Source: Octopus sinensis (taxonomy: Eukaryota). From it: DNA of 64,000 nucleotides. The stretch is taken from NCBI RefSeq assembly GCF_006345805.1, contig NC_043000.1:91264001-91328000 (forward strand), written 5' to 3'. Every line of letters begins with the position of its first letter. Positions within the stretch are counted from its first letter, which is position 1. The notes beneath the pieces were generated by a model. That model saw only the letters and a list, made by a program, of their open reading frames with translations. It ran no database searches and was not told where the DNA came from. Made by a program: the position numbers and the translations under genes. Of the stretch, positions 46,426 through 59,966 are shown piece by piece.

Positions 46426-49400
46426 TGATACTAACATATGTGTGTGTATATGTGCATATAAATATATTGTATGTGTATATTCCTTTATCATTGTTTTCCT
46501 GGCTCTCTTTTTCTTTTCTTTCTTTTACATATTTTTACATATTTAGCTTTTCTGATTATCTCACCAAAGCAGTCTAAAAACCTGGTTTATCATCTCTTAG
46601 AGTTCTTATATTATAGAAAAAGACATTTATCCAAAGCGCAATGCAGTAGAATCAAACCAGGAACCCCATCATTGTAATTGAAGCTTCTTAACCACACGGC
46701 TATTAATTTTTAATTTCTAAAGTTTATTTATGGTTTTCATATTTTGTTTTTATTTAAAAAATTTATTCTTACTTATTAAGGATTTGTTTTATTTTTCTTG
46801 TTTACATTGTGAATTTTATATTCTTTGTTCATTTTTCAGTTTAATTTGTTTCACTTATTTTTTAAAAATATATTTTGTCAATTTCATGCTGTCCTATTTT
46901 ATTGTTCTTTTTCATTTGTTTTTGTTTGTTATTTGGTCTGGTTTGATTTTTAAAAATATTTTTATTGTTTAAATTAATTTATTTTCTGTTCCTTTAAGTT
47001 CTTAAATTTTTTTAAAGTTACTGTTCATATTGCTTTGATTTTTTTTTAGAAATAGATCAAGTAGAGAGAGAGAGAGAGAGAGACTGACAAACAGACAGAC
47101 ACAGGGAAAAAGAGACAGACAGAGAAAATGATAGAATGAGAATGCGTGTATTGGTCAAAAAGATTATCCAAAAATAGATATCTTTATATCGTTATATTTT
47201 AAGGAGCTTATCTTAAATTTCTTGGACCATTTATTTGTATTTTTGATTGTGCTTTTGTTGTTAATCACTGAATGTTTGTATGTATCAGCCTATGTGTGTG
47301 TGTTCCCTCTGTGTCTAATTCCTTAAATAATCTCTTATATGTTTACTAGTTTCAGACATTGAATTTTGGTCAAGCATAGGAATCACATTCAAGGTTATTG
47401 TTAATTACAATGACCCCAGGAATTATTTTATCGACCTCAGAAACATGAAAGACAATTTGAACCTGAGCAGGAGTTTGAACTCATGACATAAAGAATCAAA
47501 CTAAATGCTGTCAGCTACAATTCTGCAATCGACACCAATGTTTTATTGTTGTTGTTGTTGTTGATGATCATGATGTTTAGACCCAAATCAACTCTAATCG
47601 AACAGGTCTATAACCAAAGGCATTATCCAATGCTTCCTATTGCATTTCAGATAGCAAGGAATTATCTGAGTGTAATTTAACTACTATTTCTAACAGTTCA
47701 AGTGGCCACATCAAATCTCCTTCTTGACTTAATCACTAATAGTATGGAATGAATTTATCAACCAATCAATATGGTGAATCACTTTCCAAATAGTAATATA
47801 TTAAAATACCAAATTCTGAATTCAGCACATTTGTACTCGTACATAAAATGTGCAATGTACAATATGAACAAAATACATAATATGCAAAGTATAAACAGCA
47901 GAGTGTGTAAAATGTACATTAATCTTTAAATGAGTTATTTGACAGCTAACTGAAAAATGTTCTCTTCATCTTTCTATATGTCTGATGATAAAGTTAGTAC
48001 TGGTAGAGTCAGTAATTTATTTCACATAGTTGAGTTTGGATTAATCTACAAATTGGTGTTGGTTAGCAGCAAGTTATCCTTCACTGAGTAAATCTATGAT
48101 CAAAACAGTCTGTCTATGTCTGTCTCATCTTTTTTAGATATATATGACCATTTTAATGGCTTACCTAGGCATAGTGATGCTAATAACCTGGTGTTAGAAC
48201 TCAATATAGAGATATTCTTCAGAATAAAGCATTAGTTGAGTACAGAGCATAATATGAAATTAAGTAAATGACAAAGGAACAAGAAACTTCATTAACCTAC
48301 TGATGTTTCTGCTATAAGGAGCAGTGCCGTCAGAACTGAGTGCTTGCACATCACCTTATAGCAGAAACAGTGATAAGCTAATGCAGTTCATTGCATAATT
48401 TCCTGTTCCTTTCTAATTTATTTAATTATGTGGCTGTGGCTATGTAGTCCAACATATCTTTATTTTAATTAAGTAAATAAATTTAGCTAATAGAAATAAC
48501 TCAAATATGTCAAAATGCATGAAATAAGAGAAAGGGATCATGACTTCAATAGTGTACAGAAAAACAGTATTCATTTATTGAACTTTACTTCTGATTGGAG
48601 AGTAAAAAATCCCAAAATCATGCAATAGTTGTTAGTAACTCTTTATTAATGTTATGGAGAGATATTTTCAAGAAGTTAAGATTTAATCTCATGAAATTAA
48701 TTCACATGTTCAAAGGAAAATCTGATCCATACTTGAGATTAAATGTAAACAATGGATGTCTTGGTATTATTGGAATCCAACATTATATTATAGAGTGCTC
48801 AAGCTTGCTTTGCTCTGTATTTTACACACACAGAATCTTTGGAGACCATAATTTCTTTAATCAAAATATTTTAGTAAGTAAATAGAAATAGGTGGGAAAA
48901 TAGCAAGAATTTCAATATAAGTAGATGGTTGATATATGTAATGATAACACGCACAAGATTTATGATTTAAAATTTTCCCCAGATTTTGAGAAAGAAAACT
49001 AATGACAAGTTTGTGATTTTCAAAGAAATGGAAAGATAACCTCAAGAAATAATGAATTAATCTTTCAAATCAATATAATTATTTACAAGAACATCTAATT
49101 TATTAAAAAAATTTTAGCTGGCAAACAAAAACTCTAGACCTATTTTGGTCTTGTAAAACTTCATTAGCAAAATCATTTTTAAGATAATAATTTGTGATCT
49201 GAGAACAGTTTTAAATTCTTTCAACTGGGGCAAATAACCAAGTAGAGTTTCTTCCATTGATTCAGGAATTTGTAAGCTCTAGGTACGAGCAAAAGGAAAA
49301 CAACAGAAAAACAGTATATAAACAGAGTCCAAGATTCAACTTATAATGTGCACAGCAAAAAGCAGTCATATATAATATGTCTTACATAAATATATATATT

Positions 49401-51109
49401 ATGTCACATGTAAATGGACATAAGTTTATTTTTGAAGTGCTGAAATGTATTGTAGAACCAGTAGAAAGATATATTTTTATCAAAACGTAAATACTGAACA
49501 GTCTATATAATGGATAATATCCTTTTTTCTGCGCTTAATAGGATGTTATCCTTTATATATGCTATTCAGTATTTACATGTTGAAAAAATATATCTTTCTA
49601 ATATATTTATATAATTAGGTAGATTCATATATATATCTAACATATGGTATAATTATAAACAGGGCAAATTTTAGCCATTTCTTCGCAGATCGAAAAAATT
49701 GATGAACAACCTTAATCATTTATTGGGTTCTCATCAGAGGTGTGCACATCATTCTGATAGTCTCCAGAGAAGCAAGCGGCCAAACTATTTATATACTCAA
49801 CAAATGCAGCAGTTACTCTATGACAGAGTCCCTAATTTGCATACCAAAAGTGTTTAACAGTCTATAAATACCAGCAGCTTGTCAACGGGGATCTTAGTTC
49901 ACACAGGATCAAGGTATGATATAATAAATATGTATGTATGTATGTACCTAAGTACATATATAAATGCTTTTTAATTTTTTTTAAAGCCAAAGCAGTTAAA
50001 ATCATAAGGAATAATACAAATCAACAGTTTGTACTTTTACCTTATATTTCAATGTTTTGGGATCAGTGTGTGTGTATGTGAGGGGTTGCTTTGCATGCAC
50101 AGAGTATTACTATTGTAGCCAATCAGCTGGTTGTAGATCAGTTCTGTTGTTTACACATGGGTTGAGCTTGCTAATTAAGATGACCTCTTTTATTCTCAGT
50201 TTCCCAATATTTTGTTCTGTGGCTTTAGTAGAAACCTAGGTGTATTGGGTGAGGCATTTCACAAATTGTTTTTGACAGAATAAACAATAGAGAACAGGTA
50301 ATCATTAACCCATAAGTGCATTTGTCCAATGATATATCTTGCATGTACTATACATGTTTTATATACCATGTAGGAGTGTAGACAGATATTTTCATCATTG
50401 ATTGTGTAGTTGGATAATATACAAATGGCGTTGATTTGTGTTGGCCAAATTTTAGTTAGGACACTCCTCAAAGAATCTGCTTTGAGTGTTTTAGTAGTGT
50501 ACTGTCCATGACTAACACTTATCCTTATTTCTTACATTACCGAATTTCCATCAACCGATTTCATTAAGTTTAATTCTCTTATTTGTTGATTTTAGATTTT
50601 AGGCACTTCTAGAATGGATCCAATAATTTCCAATCATGGAAGTGTTTACAACTTGTGGTATTATGTATCTGATGCCTTACCATGTTTAAGATAGAAAAGT
50701 GTTTTGCTGATACCAACAATATTTTGGTCTTTGTGCTGCAATTTTCTTGTAGCTTTCGAATGAAGAAATTTAACAGAAAGGCTAAACAGATTGGCTGATA
50801 AAATTATAGATATTTGGACATAGAGGACTGACATTTGAAATTTTAACATTGAAAATCTATATGTTTATGTCTGTGTGCTTCATTGTGTATGTATAATGAG
50901 TGTGTAATTGTGTGTTTGTGTTTTAGTTTATGCTGACCAAATTATCTTTGCTGCCAAAATTAACAGACATGTTTATATATATATATAATAGAATATACAA
51001 AAATACAGCTATACACAAATATATTTCAAGATAAACATACATATACATGAAAGATATATATATATATATATATATACAATATATATATATAATATAATAA
51101 TATATATAT

Positions 51110-51146
<37 letters not shown>

Positions 51147-51626
51147 TATATATATATATATAATATATATATATATATAATATATATATATATATATTGA
51201 TATATATGACCATGTGGGTGTTGGTGTGTGTATATAAGTATATGATATGTATGTAAATATTTATTTTAATGCATCTATATATATGCATATGTATGTGTTT
51301 ATCTATGCACTCACACACATACATACACACACACACATACACACACACACAATATGGCATATATGTTAACGTGTTGGAACGAGAAGGGTGGCATACAAAG
51401 TCGGATGTTTTGTTATCATATTGATATTATTGCGGTCAGTTATTGGTCATTGATCGTCAAATCCTTCTTTTGATAATACACAACTTTAATTACCGACCAT
51501 TGACTGCAATCATTGGGGGAAAATGAAATCATTAGAAATTATTGGCTTTTGTTCTTTGGTCTATACATTTATTCACACACATACATATAATATATATATA
51601 CATACAATATATACATAAACATATAT

Positions 51627-51657
<31 letters not shown>

Positions 51658-51709
51658 CATGCACATACAATATATATCTATATCTGTCTATCTATATATA
51701 TACATATAC

Positions 51710-51759
<50 letters not shown>

Positions 51760-52103
51760 GTGCATGCATACATATATATATGTCTATACGTCTATACTTG
51801 ATGTCTATACGAGGTGATTCTTCAGGATGATTGCCTTAGTCTATAGTGTTCCTAACAACCCATCCAAGCTGGATGTGCAAATTGGTATATTTATATACGC
51901 ACACAAACACACACACACACGCACACACTCATATCTGTATGTGTGCATGTATGCATGCGTGTATGTGTGTGTGTGTGTGTGTGAGTGTGTGTGTTTGTGT
52001 GTGTCTGTACTCATATAATCACAGAAGCGGCCAACAAGGGAGTGTCCATGTAGTTGCTCAGACTGTTTTTCTTTTGTTTTGCCAATAACTAGTAACTAAA
52101 TCT

Positions 52104-52137
<34 letters not shown>

Positions 52138-52289
52138 TCCCATTTCCCTGTCTTCTTATATGGAAGGTCATACTGGATAATATAATCCCGAATAGATTAT
52201 GTCTGAAAAAATAGTCACTGAAGGAATAGTCATGAATGGAATGCTTGGACCACAAGAGTGTTCTATTAGAGCTAACCAGGGGATTTAGT

Positions 52290-52312
52290 TGCTACTACAG
52301 CTACCGCTGTTG

Positions 52313-52410
<98 letters not shown>

Positions 52411-52424
52411 AGCTACCGCTGTTG

Positions 52425-52459
<35 letters not shown>

Positions 52460-52460
52460 G

Positions 52461-52491
<31 letters not shown>

Positions 52492-52492
52492 C
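52290..52492. repeat. (CTA)n microsatellite with duplicated CAGCTACCGCTGTTGCCA interruption
   Basis: Direct reading. Confidence 0.95.
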
Positions 52493-52961
52493 CATGTCAT
52501 TGTAGATGTGAACTGGCTAGGCAGAATTAGATGATGATCTGATTGGTCTTGCACTTCATATTCTTGCACTTCATATTCTGAGGAGTTTTAGATGTGGAAA
52601 AAACATCTCAGAAAAATTGCATAGATGGTCCGAGCTCTTGTGTCACTGCCATCATAGGCAGCCAAACCTTTCTGCCCAATCTTTCTTATAAATGCTTGAA
52701 GAGTTTCTAATCTATGTAGGTTAATCTGCTTCAGGTCTGTTTGAGGCAGACAGACTTGAAGTAGACCTGGAGTTGAGAGGTCATATCATTGATGAAGTCA
52801 TGGATGATAATGAAAGATACTAGGAGAAGCCTAGCTGATTGCTTGATGATCTGAATGACTGAGCAAGCAACTGGATTGTTAATTGGTTAAACATTTATGA
52901 ATTGACTAACTGATTATAATAAAAGTGAAATTGAACCAGTGAATGTTTTTTTTGTTGTAAT

Positions 52962-53497
52962 AATTCGTTCGTTTATTGGCCACAAGGGCTAACAAAGATC
53001 AATTAAAACATAAAGAGACAAAGCACAGGACAAAAGTTCCAAAAGGTTTTGTCCGTTTGAAAAAGTCCGTGTACAAAAGCAGGATTACAACGAAATGTAA
53101 GTAACAATTAAAACTCCCCATAGGGGGAGGTGCTTCGAAAGGTTGGTCGTGGAAAACCCATAAAAGCCACAGGAGCCTGGTCAAAAGCGGGGTAGAGAGC
53201 CCCTTTCTCCTTTTATAATTCCTTTTAATTTTCACAGGTGTACCCTCAGAATTGGTCCGTTCATACTGGCCATTCTTGCAACATTCACCCACCTTTCAAT
53301 AAACTTGCTACCAGACATCACTTCCCTCTCTACTCTCATCTTCCTTTTCAAGTGAAACTTGAAAAAAGTTGATGAGGCCTTGGCCAAAGAGGAAAGTGTC
53401 TGACCTTAGCCCTTTCAAACAGGTCCACCATATCACCTCTTTCACTACAGCCACAAGGCAAAGGAAAACTGCCTTGCCCTCCCGGTTAAAAACCCTT
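52962..53497 (-). mobile_element. 5'-truncated Tx1/L1-type LINE: ORF2 C-terminus plus 3' UTR
   Basis: NREGKAVFLCLVAVVKEVIWWTCLKG...GQGLINFF resembles the L1/Tx1 K..IW..R C-terminal motif; ends AGCC-CTTGT-GGCC-AATAAA. Confidence 0.75.
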
Positions 53498-53598
53498 CTG
53501 AAATACAACATACTGTTTCAACTCAGGAGTTCACATCAAAATTCTCGCAAACTGAATAAAAAAAAAATACAAGATTATATTTTTATAATTACTATATT

Positions 53599-54002
53599 GC
53601 TCTTTTACTCTTTTACTTGTTTCAGTTATTTGACTGTGGCCATGCTGGAGCACCATCTTTAGTTGAGCAATTCGACACCAGGACTTATTCTTTGTAAGCC
53701 AAGTACTTATTCTATCGGTCTCTTTTGCCAAACTGCTAAATTACGGGGGACGTAAACACACCAGCATCAGTTGTCAAGCGATGTTGTGGAGGGGGAGGGG
53801 CAAACACAGACACACATACATATATATATACATATATACGATGGGCTTCTTTCAGTTTCCGTCTACCAAATCCATTCACAAGGCTTTGGTTGGCCTGAGG
53901 CTATGGTAGAAGACACTTGCCCAAGGTGCCAGGCAGTGGGACTGAACCCAGAACCATGTGGTTGTTAAGCAAGTTACTTACCATACAGCCACTCCTACGC
54001 CT
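53599..54002 (-). mobile_element. Full-length SINE family 1 copy
   Basis: Reverse complement of the 12249 family. Confidence 0.88.
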
Positions 54003-54261
54003 ATATATCGTTGAATACTTTTCAGGAACAACCGTGTGTGGGTGCTTCATTGGATGGAATATGATTTGTAATGATCTACTTTTAAGGCCTGATATTCTTC
54101 ATCCTTGTGTTATGTTATTCTTATATTAATCTTATGAACAGAGGAGTACCACATGTGTATCCAGCCCTGGCAAATATCCTACTGTAGAATAACATGTGGT
54201 AGCCAAACAATGGCAGAAGAGCTCTTGAATGCACATTACAAGGTTTTTACCTGAATTATTC

Positions 54262-54298
<37 letters not shown>

Positions 54299-55557
54299 AC
54301 ACACACACACACCACACACACACACACATACACAAGGTGTAAATAATGGTATTACATATCTTTCGTTTATGAGAGTAAATTTGGGTTACAGCTGTTTCCA
54401 GGTACTTTATTGATAGGTTTCCTCAATTGGTTTATTGATCAGCTGAGAAAAGTTGAGTAAAGCTATCAGTAACATACTTATAATGACTACTGAAAACGAC
54501 TGTAAGCCAAATTTACTCTGATAAAGGAAAAATATGTCATGACCAATATTTACGTAGTTGACTCCATGTTTTTTTCTCTCTAAATATACACACACATACA
54601 TAGACACACACACACACATAGAGGAACAGATGACACACATGCATCTGCACACACACTTATAAGTATATGTTCATAAATACATACAAATATGCATGTGTGT
54701 ATATATATGTACATAAGTATATATGTACATGTGTATACATGCATGTGTGTATATATACATATGTGTATATGTGTGTATGTGTGTGTGGTAAATATCTATA
54801 CATATATTTATACTTATATAATCATAAATACTTATATATATTTGTGTATGCATACATATATATATATATTTATATACATACACACATATATATATACATA
54901 CATACATATATATGTATACACATAAATATAAATTATATATATATACATATATATATACACACATATATATATCCTCTTCTACTTTATATATATGTTTACT
55001 TAAACACACATGCATTTATGTGCGTGTGTGTGCTGTGCATGTTTGCCTCTACTTATTCATCAATTTATATCGATCAGATAAAAGGATTTTAATTACATTT
55101 AAAATCCCTTTGTGCATTAGAAGTAACAATGTTGAAACATTTGGTCTCTTTTGTTGTTGCCGAGGTTATTGTTGTTGTCATTGCCTATTTTGTAACTTAG
55201 TAGTGGTAGCGATGTTAGTCCGTAAGGTGATGATTGGTATTGTTGATTGTGATGATGATGACAACAATGATGATGATGGTGATGATGAAATATAGCTAAT
55301 GACTGTGGTAGCAAGGGCCTCAGATTGAGTGCATCTATTTCATGTCAGTCTTAGGAAAAAATGATACTAATTATAGCTTTTGATTAAGGAACAAGGCCAA
55401 TAACTTTGGGAGGAGTGTATCAAGCAATACCATTTACACCCCCAATATTTAACTGGTACTTTATTTTATCCATCCCAAATGGATGAAAGGTGAAGATTTG
55501 AGTTCATCCCAAACGGATGCAAGGTGGGATTTGAACTCAGAACATAAAAAATTGGAA

Positions 55558-55879
55558 TCATAGTGTAAAATGGGAAACAGATTAGTTTTATCCGTGGAAA
55601 GAAAAGCCTATGGAAAAGACTACAGTAACCATGGGCAATAATGTCAAGCAAAAAACACATTACAGTAAGTGACTCTCTTTTTTCCTTTCTCTTTCTTGTT
55701 CATAGGATTATGCTCAAGGTGGCTCCGTCATTCACACATGTCATCCTTGCTACATTTACCTATCTTCTTTAGAAACATTCACTGACCATTCAATAAGGGA
55801 AATGTGATTAATTTGACTTAATTAGAGGTGGACAACCTACAGTGATAGTGCTGTGTAGCATTCTAAATAGTGTACAATG
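55558..55879 (+). repeat. ~320-bp repeat, inverted partner of 59645-59966
   Basis: TCATAGTGTAAAAT...CACATTACAGTAAGTGACTC...ATGCTCAAGGTGGCTCC...TTCTAAATAGTGTACAATG in both. Confidence 0.85.
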
Positions 55880-55999
55880 TTTGTCAAAAAACCAGTATAT
55901 CGGAAAATATTTTTTGAGCTAACTTTATTTAAATGCTATCTTTTCAATTCATTGTGAATTTCAGAAATACTTACAAATATTCCAAGTTCACTTCTCAAC

Positions 56000-56620
56000 C
56001 TTCTTGGATTTGTATCCAGTGAAGCAGTGATTTGAACAAAGCTGTCCTTCTCTGTGCTTCTTGCAATAATGTGGTTTTCATCAAGTATCTCAGATAGAAA
56101 TTTGTCCAAATGTTTTTTTGAACACATCCACATCAGTGCCTCATAAATCTTTGAAGTTTTTTGGCAAGGTATTGAAACAATGTGGATCCTTGACCATTAA
56201 GATGTTACCATATTTAGATCGAGAGTGCAGGATCTTTGATACTATACAATGGCATCAGGTTGAAGTATTGCTATAACTTTCAATCCCAAAGTTAGATGCT
56301 AGAGTCTTCAGGACCTTTTACACACACACTCACCACTGCATATTTTTTGGATCTGCTCTTTGGAGAGCAGAGAAGAGACTCAGTTCTTTCAGCCTCTTCC
56401 TATAGCTCATATGTTGCACTTTCTGTTGGATTGCCAGCAGCTCATGTGAAGCACTCTTTGTTGGATTGTCATCAGTTCATATCAAGCAATCTTTGTTGGA
56501 TTGCCTCAAGCTCCATGGTTAGTTTGGTGCTTTATGGTAAACATAATCGGGAGAAGTAGTCTAGGTGATTGAGAACGAATGCTCCCTATAGAATTAACAT
56601 GGTTTCCTTTCCCGTTGTTC
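56000..56620 (-). pseudogene. Degenerate CR1-group LINE RT C-terminal region
   Basis: ELEAIQ...MSYRKRLKELSLFS...NFGIESY...FNTLPK...KHLDKFLSEILDE. Confidence 0.75.
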
Positions 56621-56802
56621 TGATTGACTTAAGAATCTAGCCATCTTAGTAATATGCACACAAAATTATGCATTCAAGTTAATTTCAGTCTTGCTTAATA
56701 CATGGAAATCTCAAATAATTTCACCAAGAATGGGATTTTTAACTCAACATTTACACACTATTATTTGTAGCTTATTTGTCTCAAGATCCATGTTCCAAAA
56801 GA

Positions 56803-56893
<91 letters not shown>

Positions 56894-57424
56894 GTATACA
56901 TACAGATAAAATATTAATTTTCATTAAAATTTCTGGGACATCTAACCAATAAAAAAATTTTGAAAGTCTGACTTCTTTATATTTTCTTAGATGTACTTTT
57001 TTTGAGTACTAAATAATTATATTTTACCACAAAAAATAGGCTTAGAAGTACACTTTTTTGTAATGTAGACTTCCTGACATCTGGACTGAAATTTTCTACT
57101 AACAAAAAAGAAAGAAACTTTTTTCTACATGGTTACATGTCCATTTAGAAACAGTAGTCAAATCTCCACCATTTCATATTCTAAGATCTGGTTTCTGAAT
57201 TTGGTCCAATGGTTTCTGAATTAGGCTCAAGACCAATAATTTTTGTAGGGAACACTAGTACTTAATTGGTATTTTATTTTATCGAACCTGAAATGGTGAA
57301 AAGCAAAGTTGTTCTTGATGAGATGTGAATTCAAAATGCAAATAATTCTTTTAAATTCTTATGGTGATGTCCTGTACACATTGTGTATTTTTCATTTTAT
57401 ATATATATATATATATATATATTT

Positions 57425-57652
57425 CTTTACTATCCACAAGGGGCTAAACATAGAGGGGACAAACAAGGACAGACAAAGGGATTAAGTCGATTACATCGAC
57501 CCCAGTGTGAAACTGGTACTTTATTCATCGACCCTGAGAGGATGAAAGGCAAAGTCGACCTCGGCGGAATTTGAACTCAGAACGTAACAACAGACGAAAT
57601 ACCGCTAAGCATTTTGCCTGGCATGCTAACATTTCTGCCAGCTCGCCACCTT
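57425..57652 (-). mobile_element. Full-length SINE family 2 copy inside (TA)n
   Basis: GGTGGCGAGCTGGCAGAAA head, GAGTTCAAATTCC, central domain, 3' end AGCCCCTTGTGGATAGTAAAG. Confidence 0.85.
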
Positions 57653-58068
57653 CTTTTATATATATATATTGTACAAATGCTTATGGAAAATTAGCATCTA
57701 CAATAGTTAATTGCTCAGAGGCAACACCTCCATAAGTAAAAAAAAATGAAACTAAATCAGCATTAGCAAATAAACCTAAACATTTACTTAGTGATTATCT
57801 TATCACAATAATTGTAGGTACTATGGAATCGATGGATAATTCAGAGAATTGACTGAGACTTAAACATATTCAGGGTTGTATCATGCACTTAACATAAAAA
57901 TTTTAAACTTTCAAATCGAATTATATTTTCCTTACAACAGTGACATTTCTGTTTGCCTTTTCGATGGTCACAATATCAACGATGGTTACACGGGTATGGA
58001 TATGCCACAAACATCTAGATATGTGGGTGTGTACAGATATATATATATATATATATATCTACACACAC

Positions 58069-58119
<51 letters not shown>

Positions 58120-58232
58120 TTATGTATATGTATGTATGTATATGTATGTGTGTATGTATCTTAATACAGCCTGCGAAGTTGTGGTCATGTTGGTATAGAA
58201 TCTATAGAAATGTATATATATACATATATATA

Positions 58233-58284
<52 letters not shown>

Positions 58285-59208
58285 GTATATATATATAGAT
58301 ATAGATATACATATGCTCACACACATATACAGAAGCATACATACTCATAAACACATATATATACATATATAGGTATGTATATTTGTATGCATAATGTGTT
58401 TTGGGGTGTGTATATATATATGTGTGTGTGTGTGTTTGTGAGAATATGTGTATGCATATATATACACACACACACACACACAGACACACACACACATATG
58501 CATGTATATGTATATATAATAAATATTAGGCTGTACTAATATGGGTATCATCACTCCAGTAAGGAAGCCTATTTTTTGTGAACTGACCTAATCATAACTA
58601 CTATTCTTCTCTGTCTCGCCTAACTCCTGATTCTCTTTGAACAGGTTAAGAAGAATTTGATTATTATTGAACTCTGTCTGGCGCTGTCTGCAGTTTGAAT
58701 TTTATTAATCTCCTAGCACTGCTAAATAAACCTACAGCCTAAACAACTATGCCAAATGTTTATGTGTAAATATATACACATACATATGTATGTATGTATG
58801 TATATATGTGTGCATATGCATGTGAATATGTTTGTATACGTGCTTACATGTAAGTGTAACTGTATCTGTGTGTATAATAAATCCATACATATATATGTAT
58901 ACACTCATTTATATAAATATATGTATTTTTATGTGAGTGTGTATATATATATATAAATATAAATACATACATACATACATATATACACTCATACATATAT
59001 ACATATATACGCTCATACACACACACAAATACACACACACGCGTGCATATGTGTATTTAAATATACCTCAAATATACCTATGTTTATATGTATATAATAT
59101 ACAACTAGACAGTTAAATAGATAGCTATCTATCTCAATAGATATTAGTATAACTATAAGTATATACGTATATATATATATATCTATATGTACATATATAT
59201 ATATATAT

Positions 59209-59243
<35 letters not shown>

Positions 59244-59644
59244 ACACACACACATATACATGCATACACGCGGTGTGTGTGAATGTACACATATATATGT
59301 GTATATATATATTAAAAACAACACATGGAACATAATTCAATTTATTCAGAAGATGAATATATGAATTTTTGCAACATTAATGATTGATTTGGGAACCACA
59401 CTTCCAAATATACTCAAAGAACTAGGAAGAAAAAAAAAAGTTAATGAAATGATAAAGCCAAACACAGTTGTTTTATTAATATAATATCCCATGATTAGGA
59501 AAATACCCTGGAAAGCTTGTAGTGTGAAATCTTAAAAGTAAAATGGGTGTAACCAAACCAGGAAGTTTTAAATGATGTGAACTATTTTCTTGTTGATGAA
59601 AATGAGTGATAAATTTAGAGTCTAATTTTCATTTATAATGCAGG

Positions 59645-59966
59645 CATTGTACACTATTTAGAATGCTACACAACACTATCAGTGCAGGTTGCCTACGTTT
59701 AATTAAGTTAAATTAATCACACTTTCCTTATTGAATAATCAGTGAATATTTCAAAAGAAGATGGGTAAATGTAACAAGGATGACATGTGTGAATGATGGA
59801 GCCACCTTGAGCATGGTCCTATGAACCAGAGAAAGAAAGGAAAAAAGAGAGTCACTTACTGTAATGTGTTTTTTGCTTGACATTATTGCTCAAGATTACT
59901 GTGGTCTTTTCCGTAGGCTTTTCTTTCCACATATAAACCTAATCTGTTTTGTATTTTACACTATGA
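59645..59966 (-). repeat. ~320-bp repeat, inverted partner of 55558-55879
   Basis: See partner. Confidence 0.85.

Noticed and set aside
50259-50849. Two minus-strand ORFs as host exons
   Set aside because: No recognisable protein; the plus strand has only a faint RT-like CFAD...KQIG trace with many stops, too weak to call.
55600-55810. Apparent exon-intron-exon (GTAAGT...polypyrimidine-TAG)
   Set aside because: The intron would be only ~42 nt, and the segment is one arm of the inverted repeat with 59645-59966.
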